From NCBI GenBank assembly GCA_027604505.1, contig JADIIX010000052.1:62001-126000 (forward strand): a DNA stretch of 64,000 nt. The letters run 5' to 3'. The position numbers and the translations under genes were made by a program. Source of the DNA: Gonapodya sp. JEL0774 (taxonomy: Eukaryota). Positions 12,487 to 25,301 of the stretch are shown piece by piece (within the stretch, counting starts at the first letter, position 1; every line of letters begins with the position of its first letter). The notes under the pieces were generated by a model. The model ran no database searches and had not been told where the DNA came from. It saw nothing but the letters and a program-made list of their open reading frames with translations.

Positions 12487-15400
12487 ATGTCGCTTTTCGA
12501 CGACATAGGTGACATTGAGCTCACCATCAATCCAACGTTTGCCGAGAAATACGAGACGAAAAAGCGGAAGGAGGAGCTCTCTCAGCTCAGGGACAAGTAC
12601 GGCGATGTTGATTTAGATGGCAACCCAATCGACAGGAGAGGTGATGATGGCGATGGCGATGGCGATGACGATTCTGAAGAAGGAGAGTTAGAAGATGAGG
12701 TCGCGGAGCTTGTCACACCTGAGGTGGACGCGAAGATTATGCGGACGATTGCAATGCTGAGGGCTCGAGACCCGCGGATTTACGACCCCAAAACGAAAAT
12801 TTTTGACAACGAGACACTTGAAGAGGCGCGAGAACGTAGGAACAAGGCCAGACTGGAACAAGCATCAAAACCCACCACTTTGAAGGACTACCACAGACAA
12901 GCCCTCCTGGAGGGAGGTGCAATGTACAAAGAGGAAAGCGATGATGAAGAAAAAGTGGGAGATCGGCCATTGACGTATGTTGACGAGGAGAGGCAGGTCA
13001 AGCAGGAGTTTCAGGTACGTTTGATGCATTCATCGGTCAGGTTCTATCAGCTGTTTAGCATTAGGATGCCCAAGGTGTCCTTTTCATTATTAACATAAAG
13101 CAAGTGCTTGATATATTGCGCTAAATTGAATTCGTGGAGCTGTGGCATCGGAGTCGGATACGCTTCGACTGTCGCATGGTCCGGTCAACCTTGCCTAAAT
13201 GGATTCCCGTCCCTCTCCTCTTACCTCAACAGCGCGCCGTTGCCGAAACCACTGCTCATGAAGATGATTTCTTCACAGTTCGCAATCGCACAGAGGACGA
13301 GGTTGCAGCAGAGGAGGAACAGTATCGAGAATTCCTGATGAAGGAAATCGAAGCAAATGTGGGTTTACTTGAACGAGGGTGGAGCCGGAAATATGTAGTT
13401 GACGAGTTCGACTAGAACTGCGTTCACTTGGCGTATAACGCAGGGTGTACTTGCGCAAACATCAAAATGGGTAACTGGGCAAAATTAAAGGACATGCACC
13501 AGCAGGGTATGTTCCATGAGCAAACAGCAATCTCATGGACTAGAGACGGTGGTTGCCAGCACGGCCTTTTTGCAAGGACATGGTGGATGGAGGCTCTATC
13601 ACGTGGTTTTTCCATTTGATTAATCAGTAACGTATTCAACGCGTCCTATTTTCCTCCTTTCAAACCATCACACGAAGGACAAATCAACTGCTGATGCCAT
13701 AAAACGCTGGTCGGCTATCCGTGCGAATGAGGACAATGAGTCCTCCGATGGAGCCGAGGAGATTGATCACGATGGGCTTCAAGAACCTGCGCGAGCCTCT
13801 CGCGCAAAGCCCATTGCAGCCCGCGCAACAAAACAAACGTCCACCACATCTCTGGATTTATCGCACCTGTCGACGGGCGACGCTGTGTTGAGAAAGGCAA
13901 AACATGCTGCACATGTGGCAGAAGGGGAGGGAGGAATCGACGACAACGAGGCATTTTTATGGGAGTGAGTTGCCCAACTTTTGCATCTTGCACGCTGCTC
14001 GATGTCAGTGTGGTCAGCCGTCATTGTCACTGCCGCACTTATGTTTGACGAATCCTGCGCTTAGCTACCTCCTCAATCGCGGCTGGCTGTCGCACACCGC
14101 CACTCGTCCCCCGAATGGGCCCCATCCTTCTGCTGCGTTGTACAGACCGGGCTCCCCTGAAGCTGTCTCGGATGCTGACTCGTCTGACTCCGAGGAACAA
14201 GCCGAGCAATTCGAGCGCCTGTACAACTTCCGATTTGAAGAGCCACAATCGAATGTGATTATTGGGCACTCTAGGAATGTGGAGGGTAGTGTGAGAAGAA
14301 AGGACGAACGGAGGAAGACCGAAAGGCAGAGAAGGGAGGAGAGGAAGGAGGAAGAAAGGAAGAGGAGAGAGGAGGAGGTCCGAAGGTTGAAGAACTTGCG
14401 AAGGGAGGAAGAAGAGGCGAAGCTGAAAAAAATCAGGGAAATGGCCGGAGTAGATGGTATGTTCATTGCTTTGCGCCACCACCCTCCTCATGTAACAACT
14501 TATTTCTGCTATTGCGTATCATTATTGGGCAACCACTTCGCTAGATCTCCCCCTTCTTACAGATCCCTCTCTTCTCACTGCGGATTTTGACCCCGCTGCT
14601 CATGATGCGCTGATGGCAAAGGCTTTTGATGATACCTACTATGCTTCCAAGGGGGGGGAACATTCAGACGACGAGGGTGAAGAAGATGATGATCCTAGGG
14701 TTGGCTTGGATGAGCTGCTGATGGAAGGCCCAGAGGATTATGAGCCTGAAGAGGAAAAGGATGTGGAGCACATGTTGCACCCGGACAGGGCGAGAGCGAT
14801 GGAGGAGTCTCGGGTGGAGTCCGAAGGAGCGGACATCAGTGGTGCGCAAGAAGGGAAGAAAAGGCGCAAGAAAAAGAAAAGGGGCGATGATGAGATGATC
14901 GAACCTGACGAAGAGGAAGGTTTCGTGATGGATGCAGATTACTTGCCAGGGGGAGCCAAGTACGGTATCATTGAGGAGGAGGAGGAGACAAAGCTTGGTA
15001 AGGGGAGGAAGAGAAAAGACAGAAAGACAGACAAGAAGAAGAAGAAGAAGGGTGCTCAGGAGGGATCCACGGAAAACGGAGTGGAGGGGTTGGACGGTGA
15101 TGTGGCTAAAAAGGTGGAGGACGAACTCGACAAATTGGACTTTGAGGATGTGGTATGTGCTCCATTGAGTGCTTGTTCACCTCAGATACTCCGTGGTAAT
15201 CGTGATCTCCTCCTGTACCTCAGATTGGCGGCGACCTTGCGACTCGCTTTAAGTACACAACAACTTCCACGGAGTCCTTTGGCCTCACCCCTGTGGAAAT
15301 TTTGCTTGCAGATGATAAAGAACTGAATGAACTTATTTCTCTGAAGAAGCTTGCTCCTTATAGAGCTGCGGAGCGACAGAAGAGAGATTTGGCAAAATGG

Positions 15401-16105
15401 AGGTGGGAACGGGGCAAGAAGTTGGCTGAGTTCAGGAGAAAATTCCGAGAGAGAGAGAGGAGGAGAAAGGAGGGCAAAGTGAAAAAGGAAAACGGTGTCG
15501 TGGAAAGCGCCGACGAAAATGAGAAGGAGCACGGAGCAATGGACCGGAACAGCGCGAATGCTGATGGCGCAGATCTTGATGCTGATGTTCTGTCCGAAGA
15601 CAAGGCTTTAGGGGGTGGTAAAAGGAAGTTAGAGGAGGAGATCATTTCAACTTCTACAACGGAGGAACCTGCCACACATAGAACGAAGAAGCGGAAGAAA
15701 GCAAATGCCAAAGAGGGGATGAGCGCGCCAGCAAGCTCTGCGCAAGCAGTCGAAGCAGGTGGACAGTTGGAACCCAGCGAGATACCATCCATACCCTTAC
15801 TTCTTGCGTCCACGGATGACTCAGCAGCCTTGACAGTGGACCTCCCTCGTCCGAAGAAAAACCCTCTACTCAAGTCCGGTCCGCTGGCGCCACCAAAGGC
15901 TCCATTGCCAGATCGTGCCGAGGATCTGGGGTTAGCCAGGTTGAAGAGCTATGGGTTGGACGTTGCTGGTGGGAATCAGAAGGCCAAGGAAGAGAAGCAG
16001 AAAGCGACGGAGGAGAGGGAGAGAAAAATGAAGGAAAAAAAGAAAAAGAAGAGGCAGAAAAAGAAGGAGAAGGCAAAGACAGGTGCGCGCATAGGTCAAA
16101 CATAG
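12487..16105 (+). CDS. KRI1: Kri1 (40S ribosome biogenesis factor), multi-exon
   Basis: LTINPTFAEKYETKKRKEELSQLRDKYG; DPRIYDPK; TLKDY; EQFERLYNFRFEEP..HSRNVEGSVRRKD; LDFEDV/IGGDLATRFKY; EILLADDKELNELISLKKLAPYR; RLKSYG. Confidence 0.93.
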
Positions 16106-16329
16106 TAATTATGATCGAGTCACGAGGGATCAGAGTGAGCATTTTTTCAGTACCACAATTGATATATCATCACATGTTTCGATATCGAAATCCGCACTTG
16201 ATACTTTCTCAAGGCACTCGGGACTGTCGTTCTGAGTTGTTACGCTGATCAAGGCTACTCAAAACCTACATGTGAAAAAATGAATACAATGATAATTTCA
16301 AAGAAATGCAACTACATTTGATTATAATT

Positions 16330-19300
16330 TCATATTTTAGTCTCCTCTACTGCCTCCTGGGCGTGACCATTAGCTGTTCTGGCAGTTTCCGCCGCCTCTG
16401 CCACTTTTGTCTCCATGTCTTCAATCTTCTTGGTGACTGGCAATGCGTCCTTGACCTCAGCCGTACTTCCCAGTCCAACTCCGATGCCCTTTTCTTTTGC
16501 AGCCTCAAAAGTTTTCAGAAATGCCGCCAATTGGTCTGGTAAGACACCCTTCTCCCCTGCCGCTGCCGCGGCGGCCTCATCCTTCTTCGCCTCAGCAGCT
16601 TTCGCCTTGGCCTTTTTTTTGGCTTCCTTCTCCATCTGCTTCACAGCTTCGGCTTTCTCGGCTTTCTCTGTCTCCACCAGCAAATTATCCAGGCCGTCCA
16701 CCGCCGCCCCAGGGTCTTCCTTGTGCTTCATCAAAAACAGTTGAAGCTCTGCCATCGAGAATCGACGATCAGGAACGGAGGTCGAGAATTTGTTCGCCAG
16801 CGAGTCTAAGCTTGCCTTGGCTTGGATAGCCTCAGCTTTGACAACAGCGCTCGGAGAACGCGAAAGTCCGATTGGTGATGGTGTTGTTGTGGACGCGGAC
16901 TGCGACGTTGGCGCAACACCCCCTCCGTTTATGCTGGCCGGCCCCGCCGCAGCCAACTCGGAAAGCTGTGCTGTGACCGATCTCTCCCCTTCGACTGTTG
17001 TCGTCGAGTAGAAATTGAGAAATAGCTCCCGTGCCTGCCAGCGAGATGCTTTGTCAAAGTACATGCGCACATCCACCCGGCCAGGACGGATCAGGGCGGG
17101 GTCAAGCATCTCGATGTGGTTTGTTGTGGTGCAAAGGATACGACCCTCTTGCGCCGCTACGCCGTCGATTGCATTCTTCAGATGAAAAGCTGTATGAGAC
17201 AAGCAGTTACAGTCCTTGCGGCGCCGAACCTCCACTCACCAACAACCCACTGAACGTCAACGCATTGGGCCGACCCCCCGCCAACGGTATTCCCCCCATC
17301 CCAGCTCTAAATCCTCTTCCCCCGGCCACCATTCCTTGTAAGGCGCCTGGACCTTGCGCAGCTGTTGCACTTTCCTCCTCATCACCGTCATCACCGTCTC
17401 TCCTGCCAAAGGCGGAGTCAATATCTTCAAGGAGAAGAATACAGCGTGCCGGCGTCATGGAGAGCAGGCGAACTATAAAATAATTGTAGAACGAAAAAGT
17501 TCGGAGAACAGAACGTGTGGCAAGAGCAATAATGCGGCTAGTTACCAAGTCCATCGTCAGAGAGGTTGGAAGAGGAGAGATTGATGATGTAGACATTGAG
17601 GCGGAAGTGGCCGGCGAGGGCTGTGATAAAGGAAGTCTGCGTTGTGCGAAGAGGTCGATGCGCGGTTGATTTGAGGAAAACACGTGTGCGCGGCCCAAAC
17701 GTACTTTACCCGAACCAGGACTTCCATAAAAGAGACTATGACCATACGTTGTTTGAGTGGCGGGTGGATTGAGATGCATGTTAGTGAGTTCGTTCGGCGC
17801 TTAGAGAAGGAGTGGAACCACACTCACTATCCCCTATCCAGGACGTTTCCCAACGCCAAATACAGCCACGCACGCAATAGAGCAGACCACATGCATAGTA
17901 GATAAAGGGCCGGGAAATCATTTCGTCAATGCCTCTCGCGAAGTAATTGCTGTCACAAACAAGGCACAGCCGAAAGCCAACTCACCTGCGGTACGGAATC
18001 CCCCTCTCTGCATACCATTTCTCGCTGCGTAAAAACTCTGTCACGTCCGATACAATGGTTTGCTTGACTCCCTCGTCGAGGACGACGGTGGAGAGAGAAC
18101 GGATTGGACGGGAGCGCTGGGGTAGTGCGAGGACGTGGTGACGGTCAGAATGAGTGTCAAAGTAATTTACTACATCGACTAGGATCGACGTGGGGAGAGA
18201 ACGGAGCTCGCAGTCATCGTTTCCAATCCATTCCCCCATCCGTGTCACGTCCAACCGACCCTACTCACGATCCCCCTCCACTGCAACCCGTTATCTGCCA
18301 CATAAACCGACGTCCTACCCTTCTCCACCTCTACCCACAGCCTTTGAGCCTCTTTGATGAGATTCTCGAGAACTCTCCGACTCAGAAGGGCAGATACAGA
18401 TATAGCTTTTTGCGTGTACATGGGGTAGCCGTTTCCCCCACCACCCGTGGAGGAAATGGTGACTTGAAGGAGTTGGTAGCCAAACCAGAAGAAATGTGTG
18501 CCTGGGTGAGAGGGATTTGGAAAACCACCAAATATTGGAATGGTGAACAACATGACGGTTTTGGTGATGCATGCTCCAGAACGCGACTGGAGTCAAAGTC
18601 ATCCACAAAACTCCGCGTTCTACCCACTCTACGTCCCATCAAATACGTACCATCTGCGGGTAGGAAATACGCCTTTGGTAACCACTCGAGCTGTTCACCC
18701 AAGGTCCAACCATCCTGCTGAGGAGCTGCAATGTGCATGGGCCCAGCTCGGCGGGATTCGAGAGGGCGAGAAACTTCTGAAACCACGGCAAACTGGAGGG
18801 CAGTGCGGGAGATGGGGTGGCAGGAGAGGTAATTGAGGATCCACCTTCATGGATGGAACCGTGAAGGGGGTAGGTGTTCGGAACACGTTGGCGGGTCAGC
18901 ACGGTAGACAATGATTACTTGAGTATTCGTATTTCAAATCTCTAATGTTGGAGCACGGAGCAACTTACGCGAAGGATTCCTCTCGTGAATCGAACTTGAC
19001 CGTTGCTATCAACATCTTTTGCAGATATTCTGAGATCCATCTCACGATAACTCGGATGACAGCAAAAGCAATTGCACCGAGGCCAGCCAAGAGGAGACCT
19101 GAAGTCAGTTGAAGGGACAGGTTGTGAACTCACTAGGGACTCTACATTTCGATTAAAATGAGACACAAACCCGAGGCGGTCAAGCTGTCACCAATGTTGA
19201 TTCCCGTCAGTTGAGCCAGCAAAGTGACGAGCTGGGGTGGTCCACGGGCATTCTTAAATACCACTTCATCAGATTTCGCTGGACAGATCGAGATTATTGT

Positions 19301-19388
19301 GCCGATTTGAGTTCCAACGAGGAGAAAAATGCGATGAATACGATTGTCGACGAGAAATACCTTGTAGCGTGGACGATACGGGACTCAT
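16330..19388 (-). CDS. BCS1-like mitochondrial AAA+ ATPase, multi-exon including a 6-nt microexon
   Basis: [51 protein letters not shown] (Walker A after splicing); ILLLEDID (Walker B); LTFSGLLNAIDGVAAQEGRIL..TTNH..LDPALIRPGRVD; N-terminal TM and BCS1_N-like region. Confidence 0.9.
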
Positions 19389-19768
19389 TCGACAAAGTAG
19401 TGGTGTGCTGCGGGTTGTCCCTCACAGCTGCGGGGCATGTGGCCATCGCGCGGCGGCACAAAGTATGAAAGCACACTGCATCAACAGAGATCAACCAACC
19501 ACCAACGACTGTTGGTTTCCGCATTTTCGAGTGCGTTTAAATTTTCTGGAATTAGCCGCATTCAATTCACCGAGCTTACTCGCAATAACAAAGTTCCTAC
19601 AGAGGACAGCATTTGGGAGAAAAGTAAGATAGAGATCGTGTTTGAAGCACAGATTAATTGAGCAGTGGTCGGTCGTCAAGCGTCATGTAAATAAGCCGGT
19701 TCGAAGAGAGTTGTGAATCCAAAGCAAATTCCGGCGCCTGTGAGGGACGGTTCTCCATAAACCCGGAA

Positions 19769-21105
19769 ATGAAAGAAGAGCCAGACATCAAGTTCGAGGC
19801 GGATATGGCGTATGATGACGAGATCAAACTGGAGGACTTTGAACGGGTTGATATCAGACACGAATACCTGGAAGTCGACGCCAGTCCTTTAACGAACGAG
19901 CGCCCTGCAGAGAGTCAAGACCGGCGTGAGCAGCTCATAATGGCTGCTCGTTCGATTCACTTGGACGGTGAAGCTGACCCAGACATTCTTCAAAAGTTTC
20001 TTGCAAACACGGAGTCCGCTGTGTGGACATTCGTGATGGCTTGCCGGAGGAAAGCTGCGAAGAGGCTCAAAGCTGTAATGCAATCAAGGACCAGGCACGG
20101 TATATCTACTAAGAGTATGCGGGAAAAGCCACCAAAGGTGAGTGGCTTGAGTTGTAGTACATGGATGCATCTATTCTGGTGACTCTACCTGAACCCGGAA
20201 CCGCAGAACTTGAGTGCTCAGGGGCCAAGAACTTTATCGCAAAGTTTGAGAAGCATGCCATGCTTTGTGAATTGAGATGGAATTTGAGCCGACGCCGACT
20301 GAGTCGGAGCGGGTTTAATGGCAGCTCTCCTCCCTTTCCTTCTGCACAGGACCGGTTCGGAGCCAGATACGATATTCGGTACCCCGACATTGCTTCTCTC
20401 CTACAAATTACCGAGGACGAAGCGCTGCACCTTCCTTTGATCCCGCCGATTCCATTGCCACGGCTCCATGTGTCGGAGGTCAATTTCGTTTGCCGCAATA
20501 AATCAAAGAGCAAGGACAAGTACCACAGGAGCCTCCAGCTCCATGAACCAACCACTCCTGCCGACCGAGCGAAAGCCAAAAAGAAGCCCGCTACTCTCGT
20601 CCCAGCGAAGGCCAAGGAGATATCCGCTCTATCCGGTCCTCCCGCCAGAGCGAAGGCTAAGAAGAAGTCCGCTTCTGCCGTTCGAGCGAAAATCAAGGAG
20701 AAGTCTCAGCAGCAGATGCTTGGAGAACGCCGCAAAAATTTGTTGTTAGTGGCGAAAGAGGCTCGCTTGGATGCTCGTGCTGACCCGCAGCTACTGGAGT
20801 CTTACCTCTCTGGTGCGTTTTCGTCGGATGATCCAAAAAACTTCGTGGTTGCGGCCCGGTCTTCGAGGGAGAAGCGAATGAGCGATATTGTGCTAGAGCG
20901 ACGGCGACGTGGTCTGAACGAAGACGAGGGACTGAGAAAGATGGAGGAGGAATGGGTGGAGCATGGAAAAGACACAGGCTGGCAGGAAATGTTGTGGAGA
21001 GTTTTCCAAAAGGGTGGGTCCAGGAGGATGAGAGGGGACGACACCACTGGCAAGTTTGGCTGGAATTGGAGTAATAGCCGGTTGCCAGAGAAGTGCCCTT
21101 GGTGA
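19769..21105 (+). CDS. Hypothetical protein with an internally duplicated helical domain and a Lys/Ala-rich linker
   Basis: Two ORFs joinable by a GT-AG intron at ~20100-20206. Repeated units RREQLIMAARSIHLDGEADPDILQKFL and RRKNLLLVAKEARLDARADPQLLESYL. Confidence 0.55.
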
Positions 21106-21701
21106 AATAGAGAGAGGCTGCTGTGTGACGCTGATGGACCGGTTGGTTTGAAAGGTCGCATCATGAGTGTTGCAGACCACTTTGTTGATGGTGCATGTTC
21201 CAGAACAGCCAAATTTTCGTCACTTCTCAAATAATAAAGTGAGGCCAATCTGGGTATAATCAATCAATGAGTCTCTTCTTGTGATTCGAGCCATACCCAC
21301 TGGGAGAAGCGGAAGTTCTCGCAGTTATTTTCACGTCCATGGAGTTTTCATGTGCATATTTTCACTTGCAAGGATGGAATGGATTGAGAATAATACAGCA
21401 CCGTAAATGCACGGCACTAACCTCCCTATCAGTCTGGTTTGCGGACAGACGTTTTGGTTTGCAGAATCGGAGGAACCGAGATGTTACCACTTCTCAACCC
21501 GGATTGCTGGCTTGGCCGTTTGTAGGCCTTGCACAGATTCACAAATGAAAAGTCTGGAATCAAGCACTGGTGCAGTGCCAGAAGTCCGTATGACGTTCGT
21601 GGCCCAGGTGAACCTGGCTGTCAACAACAACCCCCCTAACCGCTTCTGCATATTGTCCACCTTCATTACATAACCAACCCCGATCCACTCTACTACTTCT
21701 G

Positions 21702-24700
21702 ATGTCGCACCCAGGCCGCCCAACTCTCCATGTATTTTCAGATCTACCTAATCCTCTCTCCTCGTGCCCCCCCGCCCATCCTACGGGAAAACCGGCGTCG
21801 TCACGAGCGGCAGTGGAAGAAGCCATTGAATCCCGATTGCCCGCCCCTAAGCACGCTGATTGTTTAGAAAGAGAAATTTTGCCCGGAATCGGCTTGAAAT
21901 CGTCCTCCTTACCGATGAATAGCAATGCAAATCGAAATGGGAGGCGACGAATCCCTCGCCTGACTGGAACTCCTGCAGCCCAAGAGGCATCTCTCGCGGG
22001 GGCATTTGTGACTCTACCGGGCAGGAATGGTTCCTTTGTGGGTATCGGCCACTGTCCCTCGGTCACCACTGCGACAGCACCCACTCGGCCGAAATCCAGT
22101 ATACCTCGATACAGTCCCAACTCGCGGCACATTTGGGACGGTGAAAATCGGAACCCTGTCTCGGGAACCTATGCGAACGACACCTTGAAAGGGAATGGCA
22201 AGTCCTCGAAGTCAAGTCGACCTCTCGCACCCAAAGTGCCCGTCGCGACGGAGGGACTGGGGAACGCCAAGGAAAAGGACATAGTTTTGGGGAATAATCA
22301 GAGCAAAAAACGTGGCATACCCAAGGTGTTTATACATTTCCGATTCATGCGACGGCGAAGCAGCCCCCCATAAACGTTCGGGTTTATTCTCCCACAAAAG
22401 CCCACAGCAACTATGAAACCAGCACACATTATTATATCCGAGCCTAGAGCGATGTGCTACGAAGCCAAGGAAAAGCACCCTAAGCCTCTCAAGGTGAGTT
22501 GCTCACCCATCTCATCCAACTTCCAAACAAAACCCCATGAGCAAACTATCCAACTCTGATTAGGCGGCACTAGTATCGCCAAAGAGCTCGCGCTCCTTCG
22601 TCTCTGATATCCACGGTTTCTCAGCTGGTGAAATTCAACCTCGTAAAACTCTACGTTTTAATCTTGTTCCGGAATACGACGATTCTGGTATCGCTAAGGT
22701 GGAAAAAATGGCCCACGGATTGAGAAGAATGCGATAAGTCGCGGGACATCTTGAATACCAGAAACCCTGAACATCTTACCACACGCAGCCATATAATATT
22801 ATTGCAGTTGGATACCTTACGTGTGTTACGAAAACCCCATACACGCATTAGTCGTGTTCGCTTTCGGTAGCACGTGCATTGTGCAGACCAGCGCCGGCGC
22901 CAGGGTCACCGGAGATTGGTCGTTGGTATTACAATCACTTTATACCTCAGCTCAAGCAGATCCTCACTTTCCCATGGAGGAGCCACCACACTTATCTAAT
23001 CCCCCGCTACCCTATCCTGCTGTCCGAATCCTGGAAGGTTGTCTCTCGGCGGGGGCTGCATCCACTGCCAACGACAATATCTTGCTCTCGAACGAGGTGA
23101 GAAAGTGATGATCAGAAGAGAAGGAACGTCAAAGGATACTACGCTACCGGTATTCAAGCTTGCGTTGGAAACTGCTCTCTGTGGCTCTTCGTCCCATGTC
23201 GTGCCACTTCGCAACCTGACGGATCCTCCGACATCTTCACAAATCTCTCCGCCCCCCTTGACGTTCCACTCAAGTATGGCAAACGTGATTCTGTACTTGA
23301 GATCCAGAAAGCTCTCTTGGCGCATGGCTACTCGGACGTTGAGTTTCGTGAGGTCACTCTCCAGGACCGGGAGCGTGTGCTCGACGGAATTCGAAGCGAA
23401 GCAGAATCTCGTGGGGGAAAGCTTGTCGTGGTGAATCTTTGTGATGGTACTGAAACGGATGGGTATGTGGGAAATCTCAGCCGGCATGATCATACGGTTA
23501 TCACACCTGGCAACCCCTCAACATGAAGGTATCCGGGCCTATCTATTGTATCAGAACTGGAGCGTCTTCGTCTTGCTTACACAGGATCGGATTCATATTT
23601 TTACCTTGCCACGACCTCAAAGCCTGTGCTGAAGCGGATGTTACAAGAACACAGCGTCCCAACTTCGCCGTTTGTGGAAATTTCACCGGGAGTGTCAGAC
23701 GCTGAGCTGCAAGAAGCTATGTGAGTGATTTACACGGTGCGTTTGGTGGAATGGTGACTTTGGACTTGGAGAGCGGGACTCGGTTTATGTCATTGATGCT
23801 GTGGAAAGAATGGATGGTGAAGATCCAAACGTTTCGCACAAGTTCACTTGCCCGTCTCCTTACTTTATTTTACCACAATCTTCCAATGATTTCGCTGCGT
23901 CGATGCTGCAAACGGGGTTGTATCTGTCTCGCACCTTCTCAACTCTAACCGCCAGCCTCTCGCTCAGCCGTCAGGTCGGGTTCCCAATGATTGTAAAGCC
24001 TTCGGTCTCTTATGCATCGCTTTCTATAACAGACCGCTCTGTCGTGCACAACGCTGCGGAATGTGCAACACAATGTCGCCGCGTGCACACGGAGACCGGC
24101 GAGGGTGTGTTCGTGGAACGATTCCTCGCCGGCCGCGAGTTTACAGCCCTCTGTACCGGGGATGCAACGCAAGGTGTCAATGTTTATACAGTGGCTGAGC
24201 GTGCTTTCGACCCGAGCCTCAACAAGTATCGCCGAATCCTAGCATTCGATCGCTATTGGGATGGGTTTGACCTTAACGGCTCCCGCCCCGATGCTTCAAA
24301 GTCAACTCATACACCGATGTACGTTTATCGCTCGGCTCCTGAAGGATGGCAAACTTCTCTAGCTGAGGTTGCGAGAAATGCATACCTAGCGTGCGGAGGA
24401 AGTGGATACGGAAGGGTGGACATGAGGACGACTCAAGATGATACGTGCGAGGGAGTGCAGGTGCTGGAGGTGAACGCAAACTGTGGAATGAGCTTCGATG
24501 CAGTCACGAGCACTTGTGGTGCTGTGAGTACAGCAATTGATACAGCTCTCGGTATTCCCCTAAATTCCTTCTTCCATGACGTTACCTCTGTCGTAATGGA
24601 TGTACCTTCACTTACTACCTCCGCTTGAAACCACGGGCTTTTTGGTGTTCCGTTGTTGGCCACGTTTTCATACTACACAATCCCACACAATCACACTGCA

Positions 24701-24849
24701 CATTGACACCTGGAATCCGCCCACCGGAACTTCCATGATAAAAGATACTGCACCTCGCGAATGAGAAACCTGATGTGTTTGCCCATTCAATTGTTGCTTA
24801 CGCGATGCGGAGACAAAAGGAGGGGTTGGGGCGGTTCGACAGGTTGTGA
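21702..24849 (+). CDS. D-alanine--D-alanine ligase-like ATP-grasp protein with long N-terminal extension, multi-exon
   Basis: VVVNLCDGTETDG/YPGLSIVSELERLRLAYTGSD..TSKPVLKRMLQEHSVPTSPF; GFPMIVKPS..S; VFVERFLAGREFT; ARNAYLACGGSGYGRVDMR; VLEVNANCGM. Linkage of the 21702 exon to the ligase exons is inferred. Confidence 0.8.
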
Positions 24850-25155
24850 GTTGATGAGGACGACGAAGGGCATCCACGTACGTACAAGCAGCAAGGAAGA
24901 GTCTTTTGGAACTATCTGGTGATTGCAAATATTCACACAAAATAATGAGCAATCAAAGTGGCTCATTGACAATGTACAATCAATCCAAGCTCAAAGTAGT
25001 GTGATTCTCTCGTAAATTACAAATTGGTGGGCGATTCGACTCTCGAGGTTAAAGTGTCTCAGGTTTTTCTGAAAAGATATATATGAAAAAACTGTCTTAA
25101 ATGGTTGAACAAGAAGCAAAGAGGGTTCGAATGGTCAGTATGTAATATGAAATGT

Positions 25156-25167
25156 AGTCACGTGACT
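25156..25167. promoter_or_regulatory. Palindromic E-box AGTCACGTGACT (candidate bHLH-ZIP, Cbf1/CLEAR-type site)
   Basis: Perfect 12-bp palindrome in an AT-rich intergenic region ~135 bp upstream of the ATG at 25302. Confidence 0.35.
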
Positions 25168-25301
25168 TTGAAGTCGTTGCACTTCTCATCACAAGCAGGA
25201 CAGTCCCACCAGATAGTATTTCAGCTGCAATAGGTATTCCAAGCCAACCCACCACTCATTGTAGCTCCGAACGCCACTACCTTTAGTGTTGCCATTTCGG
25301 A

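Noticed and set aside
14300..16090. GAG/AAG-rich purine tracts
   Set aside because: They encode the Lys/Glu-rich segments typical of Kri1 and are not independent repeats.
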